Positions 25,506 to 36,072 of a stretch of 64,000 nucleotides of DNA are shown one piece after another (position 1 is the first letter of the stretch; each line of letters begins with the position of its first letter). Both the position numbers and the translations under genes were made by a program. This DNA comes from Acidimicrobiales bacterium (GTDB taxonomy: Bacteria; Actinomycetota; Acidimicrobiia; Acidimicrobiales; GCA-2861595). Location of the stretch: the NCBI GenBank assembly GCA_035536185.1, contig DATLOM010000005.1:667-64666 (forward strand), written 5' to 3'. A model generated the notes under the pieces. That model was given only the letters and a program-made list of their open reading frames with translations, searched no databases and was not told the origin of the DNA.

Positions 25506-27299
25506 TCACATCCGGTCCGGTGCCTCGATCCCCAGCAGGTCCAGACCGTGGGCCAGCACCCGCGCCGTCACGTCGCACAGCGCCAGCCGGGATCTGCGCT
25601 GCTCGTCGGAATCGGCCCGCAGGATCGGGCAGTGCTCGTAGAACGTGGTGAAGGCGCTGGCCAGGTCGAACAGGTAGGTGCACAGCCGGTGGGGCTGTAG
25701 CAGCTCCGCCGTCTGCTGCACGGCGCCGTCGAAGGCCAGCAACTGCAGGGCCAACGCCCGCTCCGTGGGCTCCTCGATGACCACGGCGCCGGCGTCCGCA
25801 CCCGAGCCCGCACCGGAGCCCACACCCGAGCCAGCCACGGATCCTTCCTCCCCGGCCCGCCGGAAGATGGAGCAGATGCGGGCCCGGGCGTACTGCAGGT
25901 ACGGGGCGGTGTTGCCGTCGAACGACAGCATCCGGTCCCAGTCGAAGGCGTAGTCCCGCAGCCGGTCGTTGGAGAGGTCGGCGTACTTGAGGGCGCCGAT
26001 GCCCACCGCGTGGGCCACGGCTGAACGCTCCGAAATGTCCAGCTCCCTGCCGTTCTCGGTGACCACGGCCTGGGCCCGCTCCACCGCCTCCTCCACCAGG
26101 TCGGCCAGCTTGACGGTCCCGCCCGTGCGGGTTTTGAACGGCCGCCCGTCCGGCCCCAGCACAGTCCCGAAAGCCACGTGCTCGGCCCGCCGGTCGCCGT
26201 CCAGCCAGCCCGCCTGCTCGGCGACGGCGAAGACCATGGCGAAGTGCTGGCTCTGGCGGGCGTCCACCACGTAGGCGATCCGGCGGGCATCCAGATCCCG
26301 CACCCGGAAGCGGAGGGCGGTGAGGTCGGTGGCGTCGTAGCCGTAGCCGCCGTCGCTCTTGCGCACGATCAGGGGCAGCGGCTGGCCCTCGCGGCCCACG
26401 AAACCGGGCGGGAAGGCGCACAGGGCGCCCTGGTCCACGACGAGCAGCCCCAGCTTCTGCAGCTCCTCGACCGTCTCGCCGAGCAGGGAGTTGTAGAAGC
26501 TCTCCCCCCGGAGGTCCTCGGGCACCAGGCACACGCCCAGCCGCTCGTACACCGCCTGAAAATGACGCTGGGACTCGGCCACTAGCGCCCGCCACAGCGC
26601 CAGTGTCGTCTCGTCGCCACCCTGCAGCGTGACGACGCGGGCCCGGGCCCGGTCGGCGAAAGCAGTGTCGGCCTCGAACTTGGTGCGGGCCTCCTGGTAA
26701 AAGGCGTCGAGGTCCCCGATCGAAGGGCTCTGCCCACCCGCTTCGGCACCGAGATCCACCAGGTGCTCGATGAGCATGCCGAAGGGCGTGCCCCAGTCGC
26801 CCAGGTGGTTCTGGCGGATGACCCGATGGCCGACGGCGCCGAGGGTGCGGACCAGGGCGTCGCCGATCACCGTGCTGCGCAGGTGGCCGACGTGCATCTC
26901 CTTGGCCACGTTGGGCCCCGAGTAGTCGACCACCACCGTCTCGGGCGTATCCGCCTGGGCGATGCCCAGCATTTCGTCGGCAGCCACCGCGGTGACGGCG
27001 GCGGCCAGATGGTCGGCCCGCATGGTGAGGTTGATGAACCCCGGGCCCGCCACCTCGACCTTCTCGCACAGCGCGCCGACGTCGAGCACGGCGACGATGG
27101 CCTGGGCCACGTCTCTCGGGCTGCTCTTCAGGAGCCGGGCCAGCCCCATGGCCACGTTGGCCTGGTAGTCCCCGAACTGCGGTTGCTGGGAGCGCCGGAG
27201 CTGGGGATCGGTGCCGGCGTAATCCGGGCCGAAAGCCTCGGTGATGGCGGCTTCGAAGGGCGCCAGCAGGGTGCGCAGGGGGTCGGCCATCTGCATCAT
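25506..27299 (-). CDS. argS: Arginine--tRNA ligase
   Basis: HVGHLRS (HIGH) motif and full-length class-I ArgS architecture. A short Gly/Ser-rich insert (GSVAGSGVGSGAGSGADAG) is present. Confidence 0.95.
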   Translation of the reverse strand: MMQMADPLRTLLAPFEAAITEAFGPDYAGTDPQLRRSQQPQFGDYQANVAMGLARLLKSSPRDVAQAIVAVLDVGALCEKVEVAGPGFINLTMRADHLAAAVTAVAADEMLGIAQADTPETVVVDYSGPNVAKEMHVGHLRSTVIGDALVRTLGAVGHRVIRQNHLGDWGTPFGMLIEHLVDLGAEAGGQSPSIGDLDAFYQEARTKFEADTAFADRARARVVTLQGGDETTLALWRALVAESQRHFQAVYERLGVCLVPEDLRGESFYNSLLGETVEELQKLGLLVVDQGALCAFPPGFVGREGQPLPLIVRKSDGGYGYDATDLTALRFRVRDLDARRIAYVVDARQSQHFAMVFAVAEQAGWLDGDRRAEHVAFGTVLGPDGRPFKTRTGGTVKLADLVEEAVERAQAVVTENGRELDISERSAVAHAVGIGALKYADLSNDRLRDYAFDWDRMLSFDGNTAPYLQYARARICSIFRRAGEEGSVAGSGVGSGAGSGADAGAVVIEEPTERALALQLLAFDGAVQQTAELLQPHRLCTYLFDLASAFTTFYEHCPILRADSDEQRRSRLALCDVTARVLAHGLDLLGIEAPDRM

Positions 27300-27339
27300 C
27301 GTCGGGGGTCGAGGGCGGTAGCGTCAAAAGATCGCCCCT

Positions 27340-28623
27340 TTGCCGCCGCACCTCCTGCCGCTGACGGCCCGCACCGGGCCCGGTGGGCGCCTCTCCATCG
27401 GAGGGCTCGACGTGCTCGATCTGGCCGAGGAGCACGGCACCCCCCTCTTCCTCTACGACGAGGAGCACCTGCGCCGGCGTTGCCGCGAAGCAGTGGGCGC
27501 CTTCGGCGACGGGGTGGCCTATGCGTCGAAGGCCTTCCTGTGCCGGGCCATGGCCGCCCTGGTCGCCGAGGAGGGCATGTGCATCGACGTCTCCACCGCG
27601 GGGGAGCTGCACGTCGCCCTCTCCGCCGGCGTACCCGCCGACCGGCTCGTGCTGCACGGCAACAACAAGTCCGAGGAGGAGCTGGCCCGGGCCATCGAGA
27701 TCGGCGTGGGGCGCATCGTGGTCGACTCCTTCGACGAGATCGACCTCCTCCACAAGCTGGCCGGCGGGCACGGCCAGACCAGCACCTCTCCCCGCCGGCC
27801 GCAGGCGATCGTCAGGGTGACGCCGGGCGTCGAGGCCCACACCCACGAGTACGTGATGACCGGTCAGGAGGACACCAAGTTCGGGTTCAGCATCGCCAGC
27901 GGGGCAGCGGCGAGAGCCGTGGCCGCGCTGGCCGCGTCGACCGAGGTGGAGCTGGTCGGCATCCACGCCCACATCGGCAGCCAGGTGTTCGCCCTCGCCT
28001 CCTTCGTGAAGGCGGTGGAGGTGCTGGCGCCCTTCTTCGTCCCCCTGGGGCTTCCCGAGCTGTGCATCGGTGGCGGCCTCGGCGTGCCCTACGTGGAGGG
28101 AGAGGAGGCACCCACCATCACCGAATGGGCCGCCACCGTCCACTCTGCCTGCGCGGCGGCCGGCATCCCCTCTGACGTCCGCATCACGGCCGAGCCGGGT
28201 CGGGCCATCGCCGCCGCCGCCGGCCTCACGCTTTACCGGGTGGGCACCATCAAGCACCTCCCCGACGTCCGCACCTACGTGGCGGTCGACGGCGGCATGA
28301 GCGACAATCCTCGCCCCGTCCTCTACGGCAGCGGCTACGAGGCCTTCCTGCCCCGGGCCACTGACGCCGAGCGCCCGTTGCGGGCCACCGTGGTGGGCAA
28401 GCACTGCGAATCCGGCGACCTCCTCGTCCGCGACGCCTCCCTGCCCGCCGACCTGGCCGTGGGCGACGTCCTGGCCACTCCGGTGGCCGGGGCCTACGGC
28501 CACTCCATGGCCTCCAACTACAACAAGGTCACCCGCCCGCCGGTGCTGTTCGTGTCCGGCGGCGATGTCCGGGTGGTGGTGCGCCGGGAGACACTCGACG
28601 ACCTGCTCCGCCTCGACCAGTAG
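27340..28623 (+). CDS. lysA: Diaminopimelate decarboxylase
   Basis: PLP-fold type III decarboxylase (YASKAF, HIGSQ, GGGLGVPY, CESGD). The apparent TTG start is uncertain. Confidence 0.9.
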   Translation: MPPHLLPLTARTGPGGRLSIGGLDVLDLAEEHGTPLFLYDEEHLRRRCREAVGAFGDGVAYASKAFLCRAMAALVAEEGMCIDVSTAGELHVALSAGVPADRLVLHGNNKSEEELARAIEIGVGRIVVDSFDEIDLLHKLAGGHGQTSTSPRRPQAIVRVTPGVEAHTHEYVMTGQEDTKFGFSIASGAAARAVAALAASTEVELVGIHAHIGSQVFALASFVKAVEVLAPFFVPLGLPELCIGGGLGVPYVEGEEAPTITEWAATVHSACAAAGIPSDVRITAEPGRAIAAAAGLTLYRVGTIKHLPDVRTYVAVDGGMSDNPRPVLYGSGYEAFLPRATDAERPLRATVVGKHCESGDLLVRDASLPADLAVGDVLATPVAGAYGHSMASNYNKVTRPPVLFVSGGDVRVVVRRETLDDLLRLDQ

Positions 28624-28643
28624 CACCGCGGTTACCTTTGCCC

Positions 28644-29930
28644 ATGGACGCGGTGCGGGTGGGAGTGCTCGGGTGCGGCAACGTCGGGTCCGCCCTCGTG
28701 AGGCTGTTGACCGCTGACGGCGCCGGCATCGCCGAGCGCACCGGCGTGCGCCTGGAGGTGACTCGGGTAGCGGTGCGGGATCCGTCGAGGGACCGCAACG
28801 TCCATCTCCCTCCCGGCTGCCTCACCGACGACGCCGCCGGCCTGGTCACCGATCCGGAGGTCGACGTGGTGGTCGAGCTCATCGGCGGCATCGACCCCGC
28901 CCGGGGGCTCGTGCGCGCCGCGCTGGAGGCGGGCAGGCCGGTGATCACGGCCAACAAGGAGCTGCTGGCCAATGCCGGCGCCGAGCTGTTCGAGGTGGCG
29001 GCCCGCTCCAAGGTCGACCTGCTCTACGAGGCGGCGGTGGCCGGCGGCATACCCCTCATCCGCCCCCTGCGGGAGTCGCTGGCCGGCGAGCGCATCACCC
29101 GCGTCATGGGGATCGTCAACGGCACGACCAACTACATCCTCACCCGGATGACCGAGGAAGGCGCCACCTACGCCGACGCGCTGGCCGAGGCCCAGGCGCT
29201 GGGTTTCGCCGAGAGCGACCCGACCGCCGACGTCGAGGGCTTCGACGCCGCAGCCAAGGCGGCCATCCTCGCCACCATCGCCTTCGGTGGCCTCGTCGTC
29301 GCCGGCGACGTGTCCCGGGAGGGGATCACCGGCATCACCGCCGCCGACATCGCCTTCGCCGGCCGGCTGGGCTACGTGGTCAAGCTCCTGGCCGTGGCCG
29401 AGCGGGCCGACAAGGACGAGGAGGTGGCGGTCCGGGTGCACCCTGCCATGATCCCGTCCACCCACCCGCTGGCCGCCGTGCGGGGATCGTTCAACGCCGT
29501 GTTCATCGAAGGCGACGCCGTGGGCGAGCTCATGCTCTACGGCCGGGGTGCGGGGGGGATGCCCACGGCCAGCGCCGTCCTCGGAGACCTCATCGACGCC
29601 GCCCACAACCTGCGGACCGGAGGCAGTGGCCGCACCACCACCATGGCGCCGGCGCGCATCCGCCCGATGGACGAGCTGTTCTCGCAGTACTACCTGAACA
29701 TGGAGGTCGTCGACCGCCCCGGAGTGCTGGCCGCCGTATCGACGGTGACGGCCGGGCACGGGGTCTCCCTCGCCTCCTTCGAGCAGGAGGGCCTGGGCGA
29801 CGACGCCCGCATGGTCTTCATCACCCACAAGGCCCGGGAGAGGGACATCCAGGACACCCTGGAGGACCTGCGCCAGCTCGACGTCGTGAAGCGGGTGGGC
29901 AGCCTGCTGCGGGTCATCGGCGACGAATGA
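28644..29930 (+). CDS. hom: Homoserine dehydrogenase
   Basis: [15 protein letters not shown]-binding site, NGTTNYIL, and a C-terminal ACT domain. Confidence 0.9.
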   Translation: MDAVRVGVLGCGNVGSALVRLLTADGAGIAERTGVRLEVTRVAVRDPSRDRNVHLPPGCLTDDAAGLVTDPEVDVVVELIGGIDPARGLVRAALEAGRPVITANKELLANAGAELFEVAARSKVDLLYEAAVAGGIPLIRPLRESLAGERITRVMGIVNGTTNYILTRMTEEGATYADALAEAQALGFAESDPTADVEGFDAAAKAAILATIAFGGLVVAGDVSREGITGITAADIAFAGRLGYVVKLLAVAERADKDEEVAVRVHPAMIPSTHPLAAVRGSFNAVFIEGDAVGELMLYGRGAGGMPTASAVLGDLIDAAHNLRTGGSGRTTTMAPARIRPMDELFSQYYLNMEVVDRPGVLAAVSTVTAGHGVSLASFEQEGLGDDARMVFITHKARERDIQDTLEDLRQLDVVKRVGSLLRVIGDE

Positions 29931-30967
29931 GGGCCTGGCGGGGGCTCATCGAGGAGTACAGGGAGTTCCTGCCCGTCTCCGACGCCACCCCCGTGGTCAC
30001 CCTGCAGGAGGGGGCCACGCCCCTGCTCCCGGCGCCCCGGCTGTCCGAGCGCGTGGGGGCCCAGGTGTGGCTCAAGTACGAGGGCCTCAACCCAACGGGA
30101 TCGTTCAAGGACCGGGGCATGACGCTGGCCATCTCCAAGGCCCGGGAGGAGGGGGCCGAGGCCGTCGTCTGCGCCTCCACCGGCAACACCTCGGCTTCGG
30201 CCGCCGCCTACGCCGCCCGCGCCGGGCTCACCTGCGGAGTGCTCATACCCGCGGGCCACATCGCCCTGGGAAAGCTGGCCCAGGCCCTGGTCCACGGCGC
30301 CCGTGTGCTGCAGATCAGGGGGAACTTCGACCACGCCCTCACCATCGTCCGTGACCTGGGGGACCGCGCACCTGTCACCGTCGTCAACTCGATCAACCCT
30401 TACCGCATCGAGGGGCAGAAGACGGGCGCCTTCGAGGTGGTCGACGCCCTGGGCGAGGCGCCCGACGTGCACTGCATACCGGTGGGCAACGCCGGCAACA
30501 TCTGCGCCTACTGGAAGGGCTACCTCGAGTACCGGGAGGCCGGCCGGTCCACCAGGCTGCCGGCCATGATGGGTTTCCAGGCCGCCGGCGCCGCCCCCAT
30601 CGTCGCCGGCCACCCGATCGAGAACCCCGAGACGATCGCCACCGCCATCCGAATCGGCAACCCGGCCTCCTGGTACGGCGCCACCGCCGCGGCCAGCGAG
30701 TCCGGCGGCGGCATCAGCGCCGTCACCGACGAGGAGATCCTCGCCGCCTACCGCTTCCTGGCCACCGAGGAGTCGGTGTTCTGCGAGCCGGCGTCGGCGG
30801 CGTCGGTGGCGGGGCTGATGAAGGTCGGTGTGCCGGAGGGCTCAACGGTGGTGTGCGTGCTGACCGGCCACGGCCTGAAGGACCCCGACATCGCCATCAG
30901 CCAGATCGCCGTCCCCACCCCGGTGGACGCCGACTACGACGCCATCCGCAAGGAGCTGGGCCTCTGA
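29927..30967 (+). CDS. thrC: Threonine synthase
   Basis: ATGA overlap with hom. PLP lysine motif [11 protein letters not shown] and [14 protein letters not shown]. Confidence 0.95.
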   Translation: MRAWRGLIEEYREFLPVSDATPVVTLQEGATPLLPAPRLSERVGAQVWLKYEGLNPTGSFKDRGMTLAISKAREEGAEAVVCASTGNTSASAAAYAARAGLTCGVLIPAGHIALGKLAQALVHGARVLQIRGNFDHALTIVRDLGDRAPVTVVNSINPYRIEGQKTGAFEVVDALGEAPDVHCIPVGNAGNICAYWKGYLEYREAGRSTRLPAMMGFQAAGAAPIVAGHPIENPETIATAIRIGNPASWYGATAAASESGGGISAVTDEEILAAYRFLATEESVFCEPASAASVAGLMKVGVPEGSTVVCVLTGHGLKDPDIAISQIAVPTPVDADYDAIRKELGL

Positions 30968-31004
30968 GCCGGCGGCCGCGCCGGCTGCCCGCGATACTGC
31001 TGGG

Positions 31005-31397
31005 ATGGGAGATCGCAACGTGCTCGGAGGCGAGCTGGAGCCCTGCAGCACCGACCCTCTGACGGGCTGGCATCGCGACGGGTGCTGCCGCACCGGGCCG
31101 GAGGACCGTGGCCGCCACACCATCTGCGCGGTCATCACCTCGGAGTTCCTGGAGCACCAGCGTTCGATCGGGAACGACCTCAGCACACCGAGGCCCGAGT
31201 TCCGTTTCCCCGGCCTCGTCCCCGGCGACCGGTGGTGCGTCACCGCGGTCAACTGGCTGAGGGCCCACGAGGACGGCGCCGCCGCCTTCGTGGTGCTGGC
31301 CTCGACCCACGAGCAGACCCTCCAGATCGCCCCCCTCGAGGTGCTCCGGGAGCACGCCGTCGACGTCCCCCCCGGCCCGGGGATCCTGGAGGACTGA
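31005..31397 (+). CDS. DUF2237-family protein
   Basis: NVLGGELEPCSTDPLTGWHRDGCCRTGPEDRGRHTICAV matches the DUF2237 signature as I remember it. Confidence 0.7.
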   Translation: MGDRNVLGGELEPCSTDPLTGWHRDGCCRTGPEDRGRHTICAVITSEFLEHQRSIGNDLSTPRPEFRFPGLVPGDRWCVTAVNWLRAHEDGAAAFVVLASTHEQTLQIAPLEVLREHAVDVPPGPGILED

Positions 31398-31438
31398 CCA
31401 CCGAGGCCTTTCGAGCACGGGCTGGGCCTACAGTGGCG

Positions 31439-32854
31439 ATGTCACGTCCCCTCGCCGATAGGTCCCATGTGCGGATCCTCGTGCTGATCGACGGCGAGCA
31501 CTACCCCGCAGTGGTTCGGGCCGCCATCGACCGCCTCCCCTCTCGTTTCCCCGGCACGACGGTGGTTGCCGCCGCGCTGCTGGGCGGTTCGGAGAAGCTG
31601 GTGGGTGCCGGCGCCACCCGACAGCTGGAGGCGCAGCTGGGGATCCCGGTGGTCACGGGTGCCACCGCCGACGAGGCGCTGATGGCAGGGCTGGAGGTGG
31701 CGCATCCGGACCTGGTGTACGACCTGGCCGACGAGCCGGTTCTCGATGCCCGGACCCGCCTGCGCCTCGTGGCCCGGGTGCTGGCCGCCGGAGTGGCCTA
31801 CGAGGGAGCCGACTTCAGGCTCTCCCCGCCCCCACGGCCCCGGGTCGCCACCAAGCCTTCCCTCGCCGTAATCGGCACTGGGAAGCGGACGGGGAAGACG
31901 GCGGTCTCCGCTGAGCTGGCCCGCCTCCTGCGCCGGCGGGGAGCTCCGCCCGTGATCGTCGCCATGGGGAGGGGCGGTCCCGAGGAGCCGGAGGTCGTCG
32001 ACCCGGCCAGCTTCGACCTCACCGCCGAAGGGCTCGTGGCCCTGGCCGACAGCGGCCGCCACGCGGCCAGCGACCACCTGGAGGACGCCATGATGTCGGG
32101 CGCCGTGTCCATCGGCACCCGCCGATGCGGCGGCGGCCTGGCCGGCACCCCCGCCGACGACACCTTCGCGGCCGGCGTGCAGCTCGCCAACGACCGCCCC
32201 GAGCCGTTCATGGTTCTCGAGGGCAGCGGGCAGGCCATTCCGCCCGTGCACGCCGATGCCACGGTGCTGGTGATCCCCGGATCGGCCGACCCGGAGCTGG
32301 TCGCCGGCTACCTCGGCGCGTACCGCCTGTTGCTCGCCGACATGATTGTGATTAGCATGGCGGTGACGTCGCTGGCCGCTTCGGTACCCCGCGCCAACTT
32401 CGAGCGGGACATCCAGAGGCTGCTGCAAGGAGCAGCGGCCAGGCCCCGCCCGATCGTTAGGGTCACGCTCCGACCAACCCCCCTCTCCCCGATCTCCGGT
32501 CGACGAGTCTTTTATGCGACAACTGCCCCCGCTTCCGCTAGAGCACACCTGGCGGCGCACCTCGAGCACGAACACGGAGCGAAGGTCACGGGCATCTCGC
32601 ACCAACTCGCCAACCGTCCGCTCCTCCTCGCCGATCTCGAAGCGGCCGCCGATGCCGAAGTACTCGTCGTGGAGCTGAAGGCTGCCGCGGTGGATGTGGC
32701 CGCCCGCTTCGCCCTCGAGAGAGGCATCGAGGTCGTGTTCTGCGACAACCGGATCGAGACCCTCGGCGGTGACGGCACCTTCGAGGAGCTCGGGCTGGCT
32801 GCTGCCGACCTCGCCGCCGGACGTTTCTCGGCCACCATGGAACCGGCCCCATGA
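31439..32854 (+). CDS. Cyclic 2,3-diphosphoglycerate synthetase-like protein
   Basis: 471 aa. The P-loop-like VIGTGKRTGKTAVS and overall layout resemble archaeal cDPG synthetases. The ATG at 31439 was chosen because the longer listed ORF overlaps DUF2237 out of frame. Confidence 0.65.
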   Translation: MSRPLADRSHVRILVLIDGEHYPAVVRAAIDRLPSRFPGTTVVAAALLGGSEKLVGAGATRQLEAQLGIPVVTGATADEALMAGLEVAHPDLVYDLADEPVLDARTRLRLVARVLAAGVAYEGADFRLSPPPRPRVATKPSLAVIGTGKRTGKTAVSAELARLLRRRGAPPVIVAMGRGGPEEPEVVDPASFDLTAEGLVALADSGRHAASDHLEDAMMSGAVSIGTRRCGGGLAGTPADDTFAAGVQLANDRPEPFMVLEGSGQAIPPVHADATVLVIPGSADPELVAGYLGAYRLLLADMIVISMAVTSLAASVPRANFERDIQRLLQGAAARPRPIVRVTLRPTPLSPISGRRVFYATTAPASARAHLAAHLEHEHGAKVTGISHQLANRPLLLADLEAAADAEVLVVELKAAAVDVAARFALERGIEVVFCDNRIETLGGDGTFEELGLAAADLAAGRFSATMEPAP

Positions 32855-33861
32855 CCACCAGCAAACCCGGCTCGGAGCGCTCCCACCCACGCCATGTCGT
32901 CATCGACGACAAGGACTACGAGCTTCCCTACTCCAAGGGTCTCATGGCCTCGCGGATCATGGCCACCGGTCTGGCCCCGGCCCGCGCCTTCCACGTGGCC
33001 GAGGTGGTCGAGGTCCGCCTGGCCAGCGACCCCGACGGCCGCGTCACCCTTCGGGAGCTGAACGACCTGGTGCTGGCGGTCCTCACCGAGGAGGTGGGGG
33101 AGCGCTACGCCGCCTCCTTCGCCAAGTGGCAGCTGGTGGCGCAACTCGACATCCCTCTCGTGGTGCTCATCGGCGGCGCCACCGGGGTCGGCAAGTCGAC
33201 CATCGCCACCATGCTGGCCAGCCGCCTGGGCATGACCCGGGTGATCCCCACCGACGCCATCCGTGAGGTCATGCGGTCGATGATCACCCAGGGCCTGATG
33301 CCCACTCTCCACACATCTTCGTTCGACGCCGCCCGCCTCCTGCGGTACCCGGTCCCGCGGGGAGCCGACCCCACGATCATCGGCTTCAGGGAGCAGGCGG
33401 CGGCGGTGGCCGTCGGGATCGAGGCCCTCATCGCCCGGGCCGCCGACGAGGGGACGGACCTCATCCTGGAGGGCGCCCACCTCGTACCCGGCTTCGTGGA
33501 CGAGGCCCGGTTCAAGGGCCGGGCCGTGGTGGTCCCGCTGGTGGTTACGGTGGACGACGAGGAGGAGCACCGGAGCCACTTCCTGGTCCGGGCCCACGAG
33601 GTCCGAAGTCGGCCCTCCGACAGGTACCTCGACGCCTTCGACAACATCCGCAAGCAGCAGAAGTACGTCAAGTCCATGGCGGCCGAGCACGGCATCCCCA
33701 TAGTCCCCTCGTACAACCTCGACGCCGCCCTGTCCCAGGTCGTCGACCTGGTCGTCAACCAGGCCTTCGAGGCCGTTCCCAAGACCAATCCCGAGCCGTC
33801 CGAAGTGGCGGCTCCCGACCAGTCCCCCCTCGTGGGTGGACGCAAGAGAGGTGCACGATGA
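32851..33861 (+). CDS. 2-phosphoglycerate kinase-like protein (ATP-cone + P-loop kinase)
   Basis: ATGA overlap with the preceding gene. N-terminal ATP-cone-like VVIDDKDYELPYSKGLMASRI and Walker A GGATGVGKST. Confidence 0.7.
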   Translation: MTTSKPGSERSHPRHVVIDDKDYELPYSKGLMASRIMATGLAPARAFHVAEVVEVRLASDPDGRVTLRELNDLVLAVLTEEVGERYAASFAKWQLVAQLDIPLVVLIGGATGVGKSTIATMLASRLGMTRVIPTDAIREVMRSMITQGLMPTLHTSSFDAARLLRYPVPRGADPTIIGFREQAAAVAVGIEALIARAADEGTDLILEGAHLVPGFVDEARFKGRAVVVPLVVTVDDEEEHRSHFLVRAHEVRSRPSDRYLDAFDNIRKQQKYVKSMAAEHGIPIVPSYNLDAALSQVVDLVVNQAFEAVPKTNPEPSEVAAPDQSPLVGGRKRGAR

Positions 33862-35738
33862 GCGGAGAGCAGCAGCTCGAGCGCTCGGTACTCGAAGCCA
33901 AGGAACGCGAGGAGCTTCAGGCCATTGCCGAAGCCCTCGGCGTCAAGGCTTCTTCCCGCGCCAGCAAGGCCACCCTGGTGGGCCAGATCCTCAAGGCCAC
34001 CGGCGTCGAGGAGCCGACCAACGGCGCCGCCCCGTCCGCGGGCCGGCGGCGCCAGCCGCGGGCCGCCGCCACGGCCGAGGCAAACAGCGCCCGGGAGGAG
34101 GGCCCCTCGGACGCGCCCCTCGAGACGTGGCCCGGCGGATCCGGCGAGGCACCGGCCACGGAGCCGGAGCCCCAGCTCATGGTCGGCTCCGACGAGGATG
34201 ACGATGACGACGACGAGCCCGGCGACCGGAGCGGGGCCGGACCGGCTTCGCCCGAGGTGGCCGCCCGATCAGGTCCTGAGGCCAACGGCGCCAGCGCCTC
34301 TGCCTCCGCCGAGACGGAGGCGCCCGCCGGCGAAGACGGCGATCGGGCCTCCTCGTCCACGTCGTTCCGCACTAACCCGCAGCGGGAGAACCACCATGGC
34401 AACGACCGGGGCCATCAGCGCCCCTGGGATGCCCCAGGTGGAGGGGGCCAGGCCCAGCAGACCCAGCCGGGCCAGCCGGGCCAGCCCGACTCGGCCAACC
34501 GCCGGCGTCGCCGGCGCGGACGCGACCGCGACCAGCGCCCCGACCAGCGTTCCGACCGGGACCTGCAGGGCGCCAGCCAGGACCAGCAGTTCCAGGGCGA
34601 GCCGGTGCCGGTGTCGGGCCTGTTGGACCTGAACGACCAGGGCTACGGGTTCCTGCGGGCAAAGGGCTACCTGCCCAGCCCCGACGACGCCTACGTGTCC
34701 ATCAGCCAGGTCCGGCGCTTCGCCCTGCGCAAGGGTGACTACGTGGAGGGCGCCTGCCGCCCCGCCGGCAGCACGGAGAAGTACCCCGCCCTGCTGCGCA
34801 TCGACACGGTGAGCGGGCTCACCCCCGACGAGGCCCGCAGCCGTCCCCGTTTCGAGGACCTCACGCCGCTGTTCCCGGACGAGAAGCTGCGCCTGGAGAT
34901 ACCCGGCGACAGCGCCAACATGGTCTCGCGCATCGTCGACCTCATCTCACCCATCGGCAAGGGCCAGCGCGGCCTGATCGTCTCGCCCCCCAAGGCGGGG
35001 AAGACCACGGTGCTCAAGCAGATCGCCCACTCCATCGAGGTCAACAACCCCGACGTGCACCTCATGGTCCTCCTGGTGGACGAGCGCCCGGAGGAGGTCA
35101 CCGACATGCGCCGGTCGGTGAAGGGCGAGGTCATGGCCTCCACCTTCGACCGTCCGGCCGAGGAGCACACCGCCCTCGCCGAGCTGGCCATCGACCGGGC
35201 CCGGCGCCTGGCCGAGCTGGGCAAGGACGTGGTGATCGTGCTCGACGGCATCACCCGCCTGGCCCGGGCCTACAACCTGGCCGCGCCGGCCACTGGCCGC
35301 ATCATGGCCGGCGGCATCGACACCGGCGCCCTCTACCCGCCCAAGAAGTTCTTCGGAGCGGCCCGCAACCTCGAGGAGGGCGGGTCCCTCACCATCCTTG
35401 CTACGGCACTGGTGGAGACCAACAACCGCATGGACGAGGTCATCTTCGAGGAGTTCAAGGGCACCGGCAACATGGAGCTGCGCCTCGACCGCAAGCTGGC
35501 CGAGCGGCGGATCTACCCGGCCATCGACGTCAACGCCAGCTCCACCCGTCACGAGGAGCTGCTCTTCGAGCGCAACCAGCTCCAGCAGGTGTGGAAGCTG
35601 CGCCGGGTGCTGAACGCTTTGGCCAGTGAGGGAAGCGCGGCGAACAGCCTGGAGCTCTTGATGGACAAGATCAAGGCCACCAGGAGCAACGACGAGTTCC
35701 TGTCGGAGATAGCCAAGGGACCGGCGGCGGGCGTCTGA
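33858..35738 (+). CDS. rho: Transcription termination factor Rho with long disordered N-terminal insertion
   Basis: ATGA overlap with the preceding gene. Rho N-domain, Arg/Asp/Gly/Gln-rich insert, Walker A PPKAGKT and a conserved C-terminal RecA-like core. Confidence 0.95.
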   Translation: MSGEQQLERSVLEAKEREELQAIAEALGVKASSRASKATLVGQILKATGVEEPTNGAAPSAGRRRQPRAAATAEANSAREEGPSDAPLETWPGGSGEAPATEPEPQLMVGSDEDDDDDDEPGDRSGAGPASPEVAARSGPEANGASASASAETEAPAGEDGDRASSSTSFRTNPQRENHHGNDRGHQRPWDAPGGGGQAQQTQPGQPGQPDSANRRRRRRGRDRDQRPDQRSDRDLQGASQDQQFQGEPVPVSGLLDLNDQGYGFLRAKGYLPSPDDAYVSISQVRRFALRKGDYVEGACRPAGSTEKYPALLRIDTVSGLTPDEARSRPRFEDLTPLFPDEKLRLEIPGDSANMVSRIVDLISPIGKGQRGLIVSPPKAGKTTVLKQIAHSIEVNNPDVHLMVLLVDERPEEVTDMRRSVKGEVMASTFDRPAEEHTALAELAIDRARRLAELGKDVVIVLDGITRLARAYNLAAPATGRIMAGGIDTGALYPPKKFFGAARNLEEGGSLTILATALVETNNRMDEVIFEEFKGTGNMELRLDRKLAERRIYPAIDVNASSTRHEELLFERNQLQQVWKLRRVLNALASEGSAANSLELLMDKIKATRSNDEFLSEIAKGPAAGV

Positions 35739-35769
35739 CCCTTGACCAGCAGGTAACCTCGGAGGCGAT

Positions 35770-35991
35770 ATGAAGACCGACATCCACCCCGACTACGTCG
35801 AGGCCAAGGTGAAGTGCTCCTGCGGGAACACCTTCACGACGCACTCCACCAAGGCCGACCTGCACATCGAGCTCTGCAACGAGTGCCATCCCTTCTACAC
35901 CGGCAAGCAGAAGCTGGTGGACACCGGCGGCCGCGTCGAGCGCTTCGAGAAGCGCTACGGCAAGCGCCCGTCAAAGAAGCCGGCCGAGTAG
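35770..35991 (+). CDS. rpmE: 50S ribosomal protein L31 (Zn-ribbon type)
   Basis: MKTDIHPDY...CSCGN...[13 protein letters not shown]. Confidence 0.95.
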   Translation: MKTDIHPDYVEAKVKCSCGNTFTTHSTKADLHIELCNECHPFYTGKQKLVDTGGRVERFEKRYGKRPSKKPAE

Positions 35992-36072
35992 CGCCCCCAT
36001 CTCGCTGGAGTAGTACCCGCCATCGATTCCGCCCGCCGGCAAGGCCTCTACGCGGCCAAGCTGCGGGCCCTG

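Noticed and set aside
34050-34650. The Arg/Asp/Gly/Gln/Pro-rich low-complexity region and overlapping alternative-frame ORFs inside the 5' third of rho.
   Set aside because: A long hydrophilic N-terminal insertion is a known feature of actinobacterial Rho, so it is not a separate gene or a repeat element.
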